NCBI GenBank assembly: GCA_963675755.2
Contig: CAXXMD010000003.1
Location: 416,001 to 480,000, forward strand
Length of the DNA stretch: 64,000 bases
DNA from: a bacterium
Lineage (GTDB): Bacteria; Zhuqueibacterota; Zhuqueibacteria; Residuimicrobiales; Krinioviventaceae
Reading direction: 5' to 3'
Shown: positions 50,978 through 61,878 of the stretch, one piece after another
Numbering within the stretch: the stretch's first letter is position 1
Layout of the letters: each line of letters starts with the position of its first letter
Notes under the pieces: generated by a model
Database searches by the model: none
Seen by the model: only the letters and a program-made list of their open reading frames with translations
What the model was told of the DNA's origin: nothing
Program-made: the position numbers and the translations under genes

Positions 50978-52441
50978 CTAATCCAATTGTTCCACATTGC
51001 TGCAATTTTCAAACACAAAGGATTCACCGGTTTTTGCGTCACAGCTTACATTGTACAATTTGAGCCCGTCAACCCAATTAAATACCATCCCTTTTTCAGC
51101 AGTCATATTTACATTTTTCAATATCAGGTTCCGAACCGGCATTGCTTCCACACTCTGGATAGATACCGCCGTGCCCGCGCCATCACAGTCAATATCATGG
51201 ATCATGATATTGCGAAAAGCCGGATACGCATCCGCGTCATCCGCGGCCAGCCAGGCACCGTAATGGGTGTTGATACGTATGGCTTCGTTACGAATATTGC
51301 GCATGCTTATGTCGCGGTAAAAGATATTCTCAACCACACCCCCGCGAGCAGCATTTGACTTTAACCGAATTCCCCGATCTGATCCGTCAAACACACAGTC
51401 ATAACACAATACGTTTCTCACTCCACCGGACATTTCACTACCAATCACAATTCCGCCGTGACTACTCAACGCAGTAATATTGCGCACAACAATATTTTCT
51501 GTAGGTCTTGCAACCCGCCAGCCATCTTCATTTACCCCGGATTTCAGACAAACCGCATCATCCCCCACATCCAACCGGCAATGTTCAACCAAAACATTAC
51601 TACTCGAATCCAGATTAATTCCATCAGTATTGGGGCCGCCTTTGGTATGTACCTCCAGATCACGCACTATCACATTATCACAATACGCTATGTGGACCGT
51701 CCAGAACGGACCGGGATTGGCAATAGTAAATCCTTCCAACAATACATTCCTGCAATTGATGGGACTGATCATTTGCGGGCGCAGCCCGGCTTCGGGTGTG
51801 CCGAATATCCGTTTCTCCGGTCCAACGCCATTTAACACCATAGTATTATACATATCAGTTGCGGTACTGCTTTGTTTTTCAGACCAGGGCCACCAGGATT
51901 CCCCGTTTCCATAAATCTTTCCGGGGCCGGTAACCGCAATATTAACACACTCCCGTGCATAGATCAGGGGAGAATAATTATAGCATTCAAATCCTGCCCA
52001 GCGGGTAAAAACAGCAGGTAGAAAATCATTTGGATCATTGCTAAAATGGATTTCCGCTCCTTTTAAAAGGTGCAAATTCACATTGCTGAGCAGATGAATC
52101 GCCCCGGTCAGCCATTTACCTTCCGGAACAATCACCTTTCCCCCGCCTGCCTCGTTACATGCGGCTATTGTTTCTCGTATAGCTTGTGTGTTGAGTACTA
52201 AACTGTCTCCTACGGCACCATAATCCACAATATTAAATGTGCGATCCATAAACACGGGACGTATGGGTTGGTTCATTTCAAAAGGCGTCATCACAGGAGC
52301 AATCTCGTATGATGGCTTTTCAAGCGCTCCTCGTGATGCTGGTACCCATTGCCGGCAGCCAAAATTATTCAATAATAAAATCAATAAAACGAGCAGACAG
52401 AATCGAACAGCAATTACAATCGGCCGGGTGTGTTTGCGCAC
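50978..52441 (-). CDS. GH28 polygalacturonase-family protein
   Basis: PNTDG, GDDAVCLKSG, HGGIVIGSEMSGG, GIRLKS. Confidence 0.92.
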   Translation of the reverse strand: MRKHTRPIVIAVRFCLLVLLILLLNNFGCRQWVPASRGALEKPSYEIAPVMTPFEMNQPIRPVFMDRTFNIVDYGAVGDSLVLNTQAIRETIAACNEAGGGKVIVPEGKWLTGAIHLLSNVNLHLLKGAEIHFSNDPNDFLPAVFTRWAGFECYNYSPLIYARECVNIAVTGPGKIYGNGESWWPWSEKQSSTATDMYNTMVLNGVGPEKRIFGTPEAGLRPQMISPINCRNVLLEGFTIANPGPFWTVHIAYCDNVIVRDLEVHTKGGPNTDGINLDSSSNVLVEHCRLDVGDDAVCLKSGVNEDGWRVARPTENIVVRNITALSSHGGIVIGSEMSGGVRNVLCYDCVFDGSDRGIRLKSNAARGGVVENIFYRDISMRNIRNEAIRINTHYGAWLAADDADAYPAFRNIMIHDIDCDGAGTAVSIQSVEAMPVRNLILKNVNMTAEKGMVFNWVDGLKLYNVSCDAKTGESFVFENCSNVEQLD

Positions 52442-52443
52442 GT

Positions 52444-54222
52444 TTATTCTCCTTCCGGTGAAGTAAATGGATAATCAAAGGGAGCAGCGGATTCCAGAAC
52501 CAATGCACCAAATGCATCGGTACAGTAAACCTGGTTGGGTGAAACCGTCAGGTTTTGCTTTTTGCCTCCCCATTCCAGTGTAACCTGTTGTGTTTCCGGG
52601 CTGATGCCCACAACCTTTAACAAATTGCCCTCCATATCGGTAACAACCCGCACATTGGCTGAACAGGTAAATATCTTTTTCCCGTCTATTGTTCCGTCAA
52701 AACGGCCATTCTTTAATTGCAGAGTAAAAACGTGTTTGTCCCATTGCTGCGTATAGGTATATTCTGACTGTTTATAAGCCATTCCGCTGAACCAGACCTC
52801 GTTATTCTCGGCAGAAAACTCGATACCATACAAATGTGCTATATATTGCAATACCGCAAGTGCCGTGGGACCATAAGAAGATGTCCGTTGCCCCTTGGGT
52901 ATATTGGGTTTACCAGTTATGGGATCAAACTGCTGGGTAAAGATCCGTTCTTCACCTACCGCCGGCAGCAATTTATCTGCGATCAGGGTCACTTCAGCAT
53001 AATGCCCGTAATTTTCCAATGCCCTAACAGCACGCTGAAATGTCAGTCCTTGCGGTTGACCGCTCCAATTGTTCCAGGGCACACTTTTGAATTTGGGATC
53101 ATTTGCCGCAATAGAAACCAGCGGCATGGGTGTCCAGAACTCGTCCGGATTCAACAAATGATTTTTAATAAACGCATCGGCCATGTGCTGGGTAAAAACA
53201 CCGTGGTACATACATCGTAAATTGTTGTGAATCAGTACATCCATAAATTCGTTATCCGGTCCACGATCATAACAGGCATGTTTTTCCGGTATCCACAGGT
53301 AATCGATCACTTTGCGCCGGGTGGTTTCAGACTTTTTCATCCAAAAATCAGCTTTACCGTTCTCTAGCTCTGCCGAGATCTGTGCCATGATCCGTTCACC
53401 ATTGTACGCATAAGACATGACATCCATGGATTCATAATACGCGGGAAGTTTGCTGCGGTCCTCTGGCCAGCGCGTACAGCCATCCTCTCCTGTATCCAGA
53501 AACGAGAGCGCTTCCAGGCAGCCGTTATTATCATTATCCCGACTCTTCCACAAAAACGCTTCATGGCGTTCAAACGCATTGTACAAAAGCTCGAGATAGT
53601 TTTTATCTTTTTTCAACAGAAAATAGAGCTCCCAGGCCGGAGTAGGAAAGCAATACCCCTGCAATCCTCCGAATTTACGTGAATCCGTATTGATACGATA
53701 TGCGATTTGCCCGTCATCTCCCTGGTTCAATATAAAGATCATCTGGTTATTACGGGCGATTTGCAGATTACGTTTGCCCCACATGTATCCACCCATAGGT
53801 TGGGTCTCTATCCATGCACCTATATAACCACTGCCTTCAATCAATATATCCATGTCGAGTGGAGGAGGATAATGCGCTTCGTTGTTATAACAAACAGCTT
53901 CCGCGGCATTGTACAATCCCATCAGAAACGTATCGTTTACAGCAAAGGTAACTCCGGTTTCAGGGACCTCACCCAGCGGAACTGATAGCAGAGGAAATTC
54001 TTCCGGCAGCGGTTCAACCCGGCTGCTGCCCGGTATCCTTTTTCCGTCAGGTTGTCGACGCCGTTCGGGCCTTTTAGGAGGGGTTGCATCATCCGCAGGT
54101 TTTTTGATCTGCTCCTCAGGTTTGTTTTCCTGAGCTGTAACCGGGGATTGAATAAAAAACACAGGGTACATTACCAGAACAAGAATAATGATTAAAACTC
54201 GGATAAATTTCGATGGCAGCAT
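52444..54222 (-). CDS. MGH1-like (alpha/alpha)6 glycoside hydrolase
   Basis: Signal peptide, WIETQPMGG, DTGEDG, EFWTPMPLVSIA, NNWSGQPQGLT, FTQQFDP. Confidence 0.6.
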   Translation of the reverse strand: MLPSKFIRVLIIILVLVMYPVFFIQSPVTAQENKPEEQIKKPADDATPPKRPERRRQPDGKRIPGSSRVEPLPEEFPLLSVPLGEVPETGVTFAVNDTFLMGLYNAAEAVCYNNEAHYPPPLDMDILIEGSGYIGAWIETQPMGGYMWGKRNLQIARNNQMIFILNQGDDGQIAYRINTDSRKFGGLQGYCFPTPAWELYFLLKKDKNYLELLYNAFERHEAFLWKSRDNDNNGCLEALSFLDTGEDGCTRWPEDRSKLPAYYESMDVMSYAYNGERIMAQISAELENGKADFWMKKSETTRRKVIDYLWIPEKHACYDRGPDNEFMDVLIHNNLRCMYHGVFTQHMADAFIKNHLLNPDEFWTPMPLVSIAANDPKFKSVPWNNWSGQPQGLTFQRAVRALENYGHYAEVTLIADKLLPAVGEERIFTQQFDPITGKPNIPKGQRTSSYGPTALAVLQYIAHLYGIEFSAENNEVWFSGMAYKQSEYTYTQQWDKHVFTLQLKNGRFDGTIDGKKIFTCSANVRVVTDMEGNLLKVVGISPETQQVTLEWGGKKQNLTVSPNQVYCTDAFGALVLESAAPFDYPFTSPEGE

Positions 54223-54474
54223 AGGTTACCTCCACTGAACTTTTGGGGTGTGTTTAACAATACTGTTTTTGTCAATTGTAGAACAATCAATTCTTAAATA
54301 GAGGCTGTTTCGTATCATACAAATTTCCGGAAATTTTATCAACCCTTTTTTCCAGACATTCAATTGCACCGCATTTTAGGAAAAAGATCATATTTATTAA
54401 TTCTCTTGAACTTTTTTTTGTAACAAATACTGTTTATTTACATATAATAGAGCGTTAAAAAACAAGGAGACAAC

Positions 54475-55014
54475 ATGAAAAAATCATTAATCAGAACCAT
54501 TGCATTGTTAATAATCATTAGCTTTATATCTTTATCTTTGCCGGGTTGTTATGGCAAGTTCCAGCTTTCTCGTAATCTTTATAAATGGAACGGTCAGGTT
54601 GGAGATAAAACAGCAAATACTGTTGTTATGTGGATAATGGTTATTTTACCGGTATACGAAATTGTTGGCGCCGTAGACTTTTTCATCCTCAATACCATTG
54701 AATACTGGACCGGAGAAAACCCGGTTAATATGAGCGCAAATGAATCTGAAATCCGGGTTGTTAATATGGATGGAGTAGATTACGAGATCACAGCAACGCA
54801 AAACCGGTTCGACATCCGCTCCATGAATGAGGACAAACACATCAGCCTGGTGTATCACGATGAAAGTCGCTCCTGGTTTGTTCAGGATGATTCCGGTAAT
54901 ATCACCCAGATCGCCCAACTGGATGATGTGGATCAAAACCTGTTACATCTCATCAAACCCGATGGAAAACTACTCGATGTGGATTTGAGCACCAATCAAC
55001 TCGCAGCAAATTAA
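54475..55014 (+). CDS. DUF3332-family lipoprotein
   Basis: GCYGKFQL...WN...PVYEI...DFFILNTIEYWTGENP. Confidence 0.8.
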   Translation: MKKSLIRTIALLIIISFISLSLPGCYGKFQLSRNLYKWNGQVGDKTANTVVMWIMVILPVYEIVGAVDFFILNTIEYWTGENPVNMSANESEIRVVNMDGVDYEITATQNRFDIRSMNEDKHISLVYHDESRSWFVQDDSGNITQIAQLDDVDQNLLHLIKPDGKLLDVDLSTNQLAAN

Positions 55015-55028
55015 ATTCACCTACTTTT

Positions 55029-55068
55029 AAAAACGCAGCAGTGGAGAATCTCCCTGTTGCGTTTTTTT
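55029..55068 (+). terminator. Intrinsic terminator
   Basis: AAAAACGCAGCAG...CTGTTGCGTTTTTTT. Confidence 0.7.
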
Positions 55069-55086
55069 ATAGCCGCATCACCTCAA

Positions 55087-55103
55087 CTGGCTTGTAAATT
55101 GCA
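55087..55103 (+). promoter_or_regulatory. Possible sigma-54 promoter upstream of the TauE-like gene
   Basis: CTGGCTTGTAAATTGCA = GG-N10-GC just after the upstream terminator. Confidence 0.4.
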
Positions 55104-55260
55104 ACCCTGTTTTCATATCATTTCTCACCTGAACTGATACTGATATTAAAAACATAATAATCAGATACTTGTAAACAAAACTCATTTCCATTGGAGCTGT
55201 TTATTCTATCCTATAATGGATAAAAAGTTCAATTTGGGGATAAATACCGGACAAATTTAT

Positions 55261-56295
55261 ATGACGAAAAATAAATACCTTCACTTTTGGATGGCTGCCG
55301 TGCTATTGTGCCTTTGGGGACTGGCGTTCCCTTTTTTCAGACAATCCTTTACACAGGATTTCTACTATATGCCCTTCCTGGGTGTTATAGCGGCTACAGT
55401 TGCCAACACGACTCCCGCTGCAGCAGGCATAGTCTACTTTCCAATCCTGACGCGTCTGCAAATTGCACCGTTAGCTGCAGTTCAATTCAATATGCTCATT
55501 CAGGCTTATGGTATGAGTTTGGGCACGGCCAAGTGGTTCATGGTTAACAAGCGTCTTTTTATTACCAATGTTTTACCGGTTTGCCTTGTTGGTGGTTTTT
55601 TGGGCGTTTTTACAGGAATCGTTTTGCTCCCGCTTCAAGAGCCCAAAATATTAACCCTGGTATTTAATTTTATTGCATTTGCACTGACGCAATTTATCTT
55701 TTTCTCTATACTTGCCCGGCACAAATATCCCAAATTATCCGTAACTCTGAATCCCAGGAATATTGCAATTTTATTTATTTTTTCACTTTTGGGAGGTTTA
55801 ATCTCAGGATGGATAGGTTTTGGCATTGATACTATTTTTTACTTTGTACTGACGGTTATCTTTCAGATCAATCCTGCCGCCTCTATTATCACCAGTATAT
55901 CACTCATGGCCGCCATGTCCCTGTTTGGTAGTCTGCTCAATATACTGCTGCACAGTGTGCCCATTTCACTATGGTATTCTGCAATTCCGGGTGTTACCAT
56001 TGCAGGTCTGTTTCTGGCAACGTTTATCGCCATGAAACTGGGACCGAAAAACGTGTTATTGCTCTTTACCATGCTGTTGAGTGTGGACTTTTTTGTAACA
56101 TTCTGGACCCAACAGACTTTACCCATGACACAGGTTCTGCGTGCTTTTACAACGTATGCGCTTGTAGCATATATTGTATTTATTCACATCAAAGTATTTA
56201 AAAAAGGATACAACGATATGGAAAACATGCTGGGAACATTCAAAGAACAAAAAGAACCTGTTTTAGAGCCAGAAAAAGAATTGGAGTATAATTAA
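55261..56295 (+). CDS. Sulfite exporter TauE/SafE-family membrane protein
   Basis: ATVANTTPAAAGIVYFP, IQAYGM, GGLISGWIGFG; start could be 55216 or 55261. Confidence 0.7.
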   Translation: MTKNKYLHFWMAAVLLCLWGLAFPFFRQSFTQDFYYMPFLGVIAATVANTTPAAAGIVYFPILTRLQIAPLAAVQFNMLIQAYGMSLGTAKWFMVNKRLFITNVLPVCLVGGFLGVFTGIVLLPLQEPKILTLVFNFIAFALTQFIFFSILARHKYPKLSVTLNPRNIAILFIFSLLGGLISGWIGFGIDTIFYFVLTVIFQINPAASIITSISLMAAMSLFGSLLNILLHSVPISLWYSAIPGVTIAGLFLATFIAMKLGPKNVLLLFTMLLSVDFFVTFWTQQTLPMTQVLRAFTTYALVAYIVFIHIKVFKKGYNDMENMLGTFKEQKEPVLEPEKELEYN

Positions 56296-56568
56296 ATAAC
56301 ACTTTTTTAATTTAAAATGATCACTGCTTAAAAAAGCATATTCTCTGTTGGATTGCAATAAATATCCCCTTAAACATCTACCTCAACATTTTACATTTTA
56401 AATTTTTCTTTCAACATTATAACAACTTTTTTGATTAAACAAATACAAACGTTACCAATAAATCTGTGATTAAAAAACCAAATTTACCTGCAAAATTTTA
56501 ATATTGCTTTTCATTTTTTTTAGCGGTAATATATTTGTTTTTAAATTTAAATAATTACAGGAGTCTTT

Positions 56569-58143
56569 ATGAAAAAATTTGTTACAATTGTTTTTTTTAT
56601 CATGATGCAGGGTGTGGTTTGGGGACAGTTTAACGGTGGTGATGGATCTTCTTCAACTCCTTACCAGGTCGCTACGGCAACACAGTTGAACAATGTTAGA
56701 AATTACTTGTCTGCTTATTTTATTCAAACAGCGGATATTGATCTAAATGTTTCACCCTATAATACCGGTAACGGCTGGGTACCTATCGGTGATGGTGCAA
56801 CCAAATTTACCGGAAATTATGACGGTAACGGTCATATCATCAGCAATCTCTTTATTGATACTTATAGCAGCTATATGGGGCTTTTCGGCTATACCAACGG
56901 TGCGGTTATTTCAAAGCTTGGTCTGGTCAATGTTGACATTACCGGCTCTGGTAATTTAGGTGCGCTTGCGGGTCAATTAACCGGAGGTTCTGTCAGCCAA
57001 TGTTACAGCACCGGTTCTGTGACCAATATCGACGCCGGTGAAGTTGCTGGCGGCCTGGCGGGTGGTGCCACAACCTGCACTATATCCAACTGTTACAGTC
57101 GGGCGAATGTGTCAGGTGAAACGCTCGATGGCGGATTGATAGGCCAAATCGGAGTATCATCTTCCTTGACCAACAGTTACAGTACCGGAACCGTGACCAA
57201 TGCCAGTGATGACGGATATTTCGGGCTAATCAGCCAGAATTATTCTTCATCCAATACGTTTGTTGTCAATTGTTTTTGGGACACGGAATCTTCCGGAGAA
57301 ATTGATAGTGACGGCGGTAATGGCAGCGGCGGTACCGGTAAAACCACGGCTGAAATGAAAACCCTGGCAACCTTTACCGATATCGCTACAACAGGACTCA
57401 CTACTGCGTGGGATTTTGAAACCAATCCAAATGATGATGCCGCGGATGACGATATCTGGGACATTGACCTCTCCGGTACCATTAACAACGGCTATCCTTA
57501 TCTCGCATGGCAGGATGGCGGCGAACAGTCACTGCCGGTGGAATTATCGTCATTCACCGCAGTGATGGAACACAACGGTGTTCTCCTGCAATGGCAGACC
57601 GAAAGTGAAACCGACAACCTCGGTTTTATTCTGGAAAGAAAAGAGGCATCCGCTAAAGCATGGTCAGTTATCGCGGATTACAGAAAAACTGCAGGACTGC
57701 AGGGCAAAGGCAATTCTTCTTCTATAAGCAAATATTCCTACACGGATAAAAATATTACCCCCGGCAGCAGTTATGAATACCGGCTTTCCGATGTAAATAT
57801 AGATGGTCAAAATAACATTTTAAAAGCTGTCAATATCACCGCAACTTTTGTGACCGTACCTGAAAAGACAGCTTTGATGCCAGCGTACCCCAATCCTTTT
57901 AATCCCGAAACCCGCATCACCTGGCATCTGGCAGAAAGCGCAATTGTTAATATAACAGTGGTCGATCTGCTGGGTCGAACAGTTTCGCGAATACTGACTG
58001 ACCAGTATCAGGATAGTGGTGTCTATAACACAACCTGGAATGGTCGTGACGATCTGGGCCTGAATTGCCCGTCAGGAATTTATCTTGTCGTGCTCAGAGC
58101 CGGTAACTATACAGCCGCTCAAAAAGTTATGCTTGTCAGATAA
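56569..58143 (+). CDS. Secreted GLUG-motif protein with FlgD/T9SS-type tail
   Basis: GDGSSSTPYQVAT, FTGNYDGNGH, GGLAG/GGLIG repeats, SLPVELSSFTA, AYPNPFNP...QKVMLVR. Confidence 0.85.
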   Translation: MKKFVTIVFFIMMQGVVWGQFNGGDGSSSTPYQVATATQLNNVRNYLSAYFIQTADIDLNVSPYNTGNGWVPIGDGATKFTGNYDGNGHIISNLFIDTYSSYMGLFGYTNGAVISKLGLVNVDITGSGNLGALAGQLTGGSVSQCYSTGSVTNIDAGEVAGGLAGGATTCTISNCYSRANVSGETLDGGLIGQIGVSSSLTNSYSTGTVTNASDDGYFGLISQNYSSSNTFVVNCFWDTESSGEIDSDGGNGSGGTGKTTAEMKTLATFTDIATTGLTTAWDFETNPNDDAADDDIWDIDLSGTINNGYPYLAWQDGGEQSLPVELSSFTAVMEHNGVLLQWQTESETDNLGFILERKEASAKAWSVIADYRKTAGLQGKGNSSSISKYSYTDKNITPGSSYEYRLSDVNIDGQNNILKAVNITATFVTVPEKTALMPAYPNPFNPETRITWHLAESAIVNITVVDLLGRTVSRILTDQYQDSGVYNTTWNGRDDLGLNCPSGIYLVVLRAGNYTAAQKVMLVR

Positions 58144-58230
58144 GCCATTACTGGCTCCCATATCAAGTCTTGACAAAAAATACTAGTCGAACAATCTTGA
58201 TTTTAGTTTTACATTTATATCGCAATTTTA

Positions 58231-58267
58231 AAAAAATCAGGCACCCTATAAAAGTGCCTGATTTTTT
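58231..58267. terminator. Bidirectional terminator
   Basis: AAAAAATCAGGCAC...GTGCCTGATTTTTT between convergent genes. Confidence 0.8.
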
Positions 58268-58321
58268 AAAGCTCGTATCCTTTATCCCAAAGCAGCTGTT
58301 TTCCACCAGCCCGGAACAACT

Positions 58322-58834
58322 TTACAATACCAAAATAAGCATAGACGCTGCAACTCCAAAGGATGTTAAAAACATTCCGCGTTTAAAATGTTTTGAACTG
58401 GGTTTAAACATCCACAATGATGAAAGTGCCAGGAACAGCAGCAGAATCCCATAAATCATGCTGAACCAATGGACCAGATTCTTGTCGTTCTGTTTGTGCA
58501 ATTGGATCAACTTGTCCACCATTGCCGGATATTGGGTAACTGTATAATTCACAATTCCGGTTGTTTTTTCATAAGTTCCTGAATCAAATTGAATCACCTC
58601 ATCATCTCTGATAACATGAAATTTGCGCATATGTAATGTATTACCAAGCTCTTCCGCTGTTAATCCAGATTCAAGAGTTCTGGTAACTGTTTGTTCTGTT
58701 TTCAACAAACCCGTCTCACGATAAATGAGTAAAATTCCACTCAAACCATAAATCAAGGTAAGGCCAATAAGGAAAAATCCAATATCTCTATGCAATGCAC
58801 GAATTAATGTATAAATAGTTTTTCTTGTTTTCAT
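58322..58834 (-). CDS. PepSY-associated TM helix protein
   Basis: RALHRDIGFF...YGLSGILL, LIQLHK, LALSSLWMF; ATG 58834 follows AAGGAG. Confidence 0.78.
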   Translation of the reverse strand: MKTRKTIYTLIRALHRDIGFFLIGLTLIYGLSGILLIYRETGLLKTEQTVTRTLESGLTAEELGNTLHMRKFHVIRDDEVIQFDSGTYEKTTGIVNYTVTQYPAMVDKLIQLHKQNDKNLVHWFSMIYGILLLFLALSSLWMFKPSSKHFKRGMFLTSFGVAASMLILVL

Positions 58835-59350
58835 TTCTGTACTCCTTAATAATATCACGCTGTATATACGTCTCTTAGGTCCTAATATTGACATATTAAC
58901 ACATCAATCGAGCGTTTCAAACATTTCACTTGTGGATTGCAATCCTGATCAGCTGCCTGTCACTTTGCTCTCACTTTTAGCAAGTAACAGTTTTTGAAGA
59001 GTTTTTTACTCAAATCACATGTCATTCATTTATGAGTAAAAATCGACATGTTAGTTCAAATAACGGGGGGCATAACAAAAAGTTCTTAAAAATATTTTAA
59101 AAAAATAAATTCATCAGAAATAGTATATGTATTAACAAAAATCACTTACCCACAAACAATTAAATAATCAGTATTTAACCATTTTTACAAATATTCCCAA
59201 AAAAATGATTGTTACAGAGAACATATACTTGAAACGTACGTTATTCATTAAAACGATCAGTTGTGAAAAGAACTAGAACAATCCAATCGCTTGCCCCGAT
59301 ATCGGCAGAAACCGTCAACCACTTGCCCTCAACCATTTGGAGGATTCCAC

Positions 59351-61471
59351 ATGAATGGGAAAAGAGCTACCGTATTTATCATTTTAACATTATTCATCAG
59401 TACAATTACCTGGTCACAGGGTTCTTACACATTTCAACCCCAAATTGACGCGCGTATGACTGAATTGCTGCACCAGGATGGAATGGTTTTCAAAGATTTG
59501 AACAAAAACGGCAAACTGGATGCTTACGAAGACTGGCGCAAATCCGTAAATGAAAGAGTGGATGACCTGGTCAGCCAAATGACACCGGAAGAAAAAGCCG
59601 GAATGCTTTTGATCAATACCATGAACGCAGATACCAAAGGCCGGCTGCCAGAAATTGCAAATCGCTATATTTTCCAGGAACACATGACTCGTTTTATTTT
59701 TAGAAACAATGTCGCTGAACGGTCTCCCAATCCTTCGTCCAGGAGTTCCCGCTCAAGACGTGGAGGGGGTTTCCCACGTACAGCGCCTATCAGTCCTTAT
59801 GATGCGGCACAGTTTATGAATTCCGTACAGGAACTGGCAGAATCCACACGCCTAGGTATTCCGGTGCTGTTTAAATCAAACGGCAGAAACCATTATACAC
59901 ATTCAGCACAGTTGGGTATTGATGTTAGCGCGGGATCCTTTTCGGCATTTCCCAAAGAAGCAGGACTCGCAGCGGCAGCACTTGGTGAAGGCAATATGGA
60001 TGTGATCAAAACATTTTCCAAAATCATGGCTATGGAGTGGTCATCCATTGGTTTGCGTGGCATGTACGGTTATATGGCAGACCTGTGTACTGAACCCAGA
60101 TGGAACCGTTTTTCCGGCTGCTTTACCGAAGACGCGGATCTGAACTCAGAAATCATGACCACCCTGGTCACCTGTCTGCAAAGAAAAGACGTATGGCACA
60201 ACAATGTCTATTTAACCATGAAGCACTTTCCCGGTGGCGGACCGCAACAGGATGGTTTTGACGCACATTACAGATATGGCAAAGATCAGGTCTACCCTGC
60301 CAGCATGTTTGATTATCACTGGAAACCCTTCAAAGCCGCCATTGACGCAGGCCTCTCTGCAATCATGCCCTACTATGGCGTTCCGGTGGGCGGACCCTAC
60401 AAACCCAATAATGTGGGCATGTCCTACTCGAAAGGGATTGTCACGGATCTGTTGAGAGAAAAACTGGGATTCAAAGGTGTGGTTAATTCCGATACAGGCA
60501 TTATGCAAAATATGCCCTGGGGAGTTGAAGACAAATCCCTGGATGAACGGGTTGTCATGTCTGTTAACGCCGGAGTGGATGTGTTGTCAGGATTTGATAA
60601 TAACGCCCAGGTACTGGGCATGATTGGCAATGGGATTACCGAAGAACGGATTGACGAATCCTGTAAACGCATGCTGACTGTACAATTTGAACTGGGATTG
60701 TTTGAAAATCCCTATGTCGATCCGGTTCGCGCAAGCACGGTTGTAGGACGCACTACACACACCCAGGCTGCCTATGAGGTACAAAAAAAATCTGTCGTTT
60801 TGCTGCAAAACAAAGATATTCTCCCGCTCCCTGCACCTGCAAAAGAAAAACCGGTTACTATTCTTATTATGGGTATGAACCCGGATGTGGTATCTAAATA
60901 CAGTAATGCACAGGAAGAAGGCGGATTTGGATTTGGCCGCAGAGGTAGAGGCGAATTGCCAACCTATACCGTAATTGACGGTAACGACAGTACCCTTAAT
61001 ATTTCTACTGTTGATGCCGATTATGCTATCATCCGGGTTACGGCCAACTATAGCGGTGGTACCAGTTGGTTTGTTCCCTGGGACCAGCAGAATCCCGGCA
61101 ATGGATTTGGTATGCTCTCTCTCTCGTCAATGGATGAAACAGACTGGGAACTGAGCCCATCATTAACAGATATTCAAGCAGCCATGAATAAAGTGGGTGC
61201 AAAAAATACAATAGTCTCTATCTATTTTAGTCAACCCTTTGTCATAGATGAACAATGCGGCATTCGTGATGCCGGTGCCATTCTGGCGACTTTTGGAGTA
61301 AGGGATGACGCATTGATGGAAGTACTGACCGGAGCATTCAATCCACAGGGCAAAATGCCCTTTGCGCTGGCAAAAAGCCAGGCCGCTATTGAAGCTCAGG
61401 ATGAAGATGCCCCCGGCTATCCCGAAAAAGACACACTTTTCCCATTCGGGTTTGGATTATCATATAAATGA
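59351..61471 (+). CDS. GH3 beta-glucosidase-family protein
   Basis: DLNKNGKLDAYEDWR, MKHFPGGG, IMPYY, GFKGVVNSDTG, PQGKMPF, PFGFGLSY; ATG 59351 follows GGAGG. Confidence 0.92.
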   Translation: MNGKRATVFIILTLFISTITWSQGSYTFQPQIDARMTELLHQDGMVFKDLNKNGKLDAYEDWRKSVNERVDDLVSQMTPEEKAGMLLINTMNADTKGRLPEIANRYIFQEHMTRFIFRNNVAERSPNPSSRSSRSRRGGGFPRTAPISPYDAAQFMNSVQELAESTRLGIPVLFKSNGRNHYTHSAQLGIDVSAGSFSAFPKEAGLAAAALGEGNMDVIKTFSKIMAMEWSSIGLRGMYGYMADLCTEPRWNRFSGCFTEDADLNSEIMTTLVTCLQRKDVWHNNVYLTMKHFPGGGPQQDGFDAHYRYGKDQVYPASMFDYHWKPFKAAIDAGLSAIMPYYGVPVGGPYKPNNVGMSYSKGIVTDLLREKLGFKGVVNSDTGIMQNMPWGVEDKSLDERVVMSVNAGVDVLSGFDNNAQVLGMIGNGITEERIDESCKRMLTVQFELGLFENPYVDPVRASTVVGRTTHTQAAYEVQKKSVVLLQNKDILPLPAPAKEKPVTILIMGMNPDVVSKYSNAQEEGGFGFGRRGRGELPTYTVIDGNDSTLNISTVDADYAIIRVTANYSGGTSWFVPWDQQNPGNGFGMLSLSSMDETDWELSPSLTDIQAAMNKVGAKNTIVSIYFSQPFVIDEQCGIRDAGAILATFGVRDDALMEVLTGAFNPQGKMPFALAKSQAAIEAQDEDAPGYPEKDTLFPFGFGLSYK

Positions 61472-61497
61472 TCAACACACCTCCCGGAGGTGAAATT

Positions 61498-61710
61498 GAT
61501 CGCGTTGCAGATGCCTGCATCGCGCATATTTTTAAGGGACAATCGTCCCGTACAATAACATCAATATCAGGACAAATGTCCTGAAAATAGTTCCGCACGG
61601 CATGAATATGCCGCACGATCAAGTTATTTGGGTCACATTACCGACGCTCCTTAATTACTGCGTCCAAAATGAAATTTTGGACGCAAATTATACGCGAAAC
61701 TCTGTATCGC
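61498..61710. repeat. Cluster of short palindromes ending in a family A left arm
   Basis: GATCGCGTTGCAG..CTGCATCGCG, GGGACAATCGTCCC, CAGGACAAATGTCCTG, CGGCATGAATATGCCGCACGATC, then TTACTGCGTCCAAAAT-GAA-ATTTTGGACGC...GCGAAACTCTGTATCGC. Confidence 0.75.
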
Positions 61711-61878
61711 AAGGTTTTCAATCCATTTCTATCGATTGACATAAACCATCAAATGTCAAAGTCTAAACCCACCATAAAAAATTTTAAAAATTGATTAGAA
61801 TTTCAATACGTTTATTTGTAGATTGGTTCTATAATCCAACCCCAAATAACCAAACAATAAACGATCGGATTGATGATC

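Noticed and set aside
58835-59100. Riboswitch upstream of the PepSY-TM gene
   Set aside because: Hairpins are present but I could not match cobalamin, NiCo, fluoride or FMN consensus motifs; an Rfam scan would settle it.
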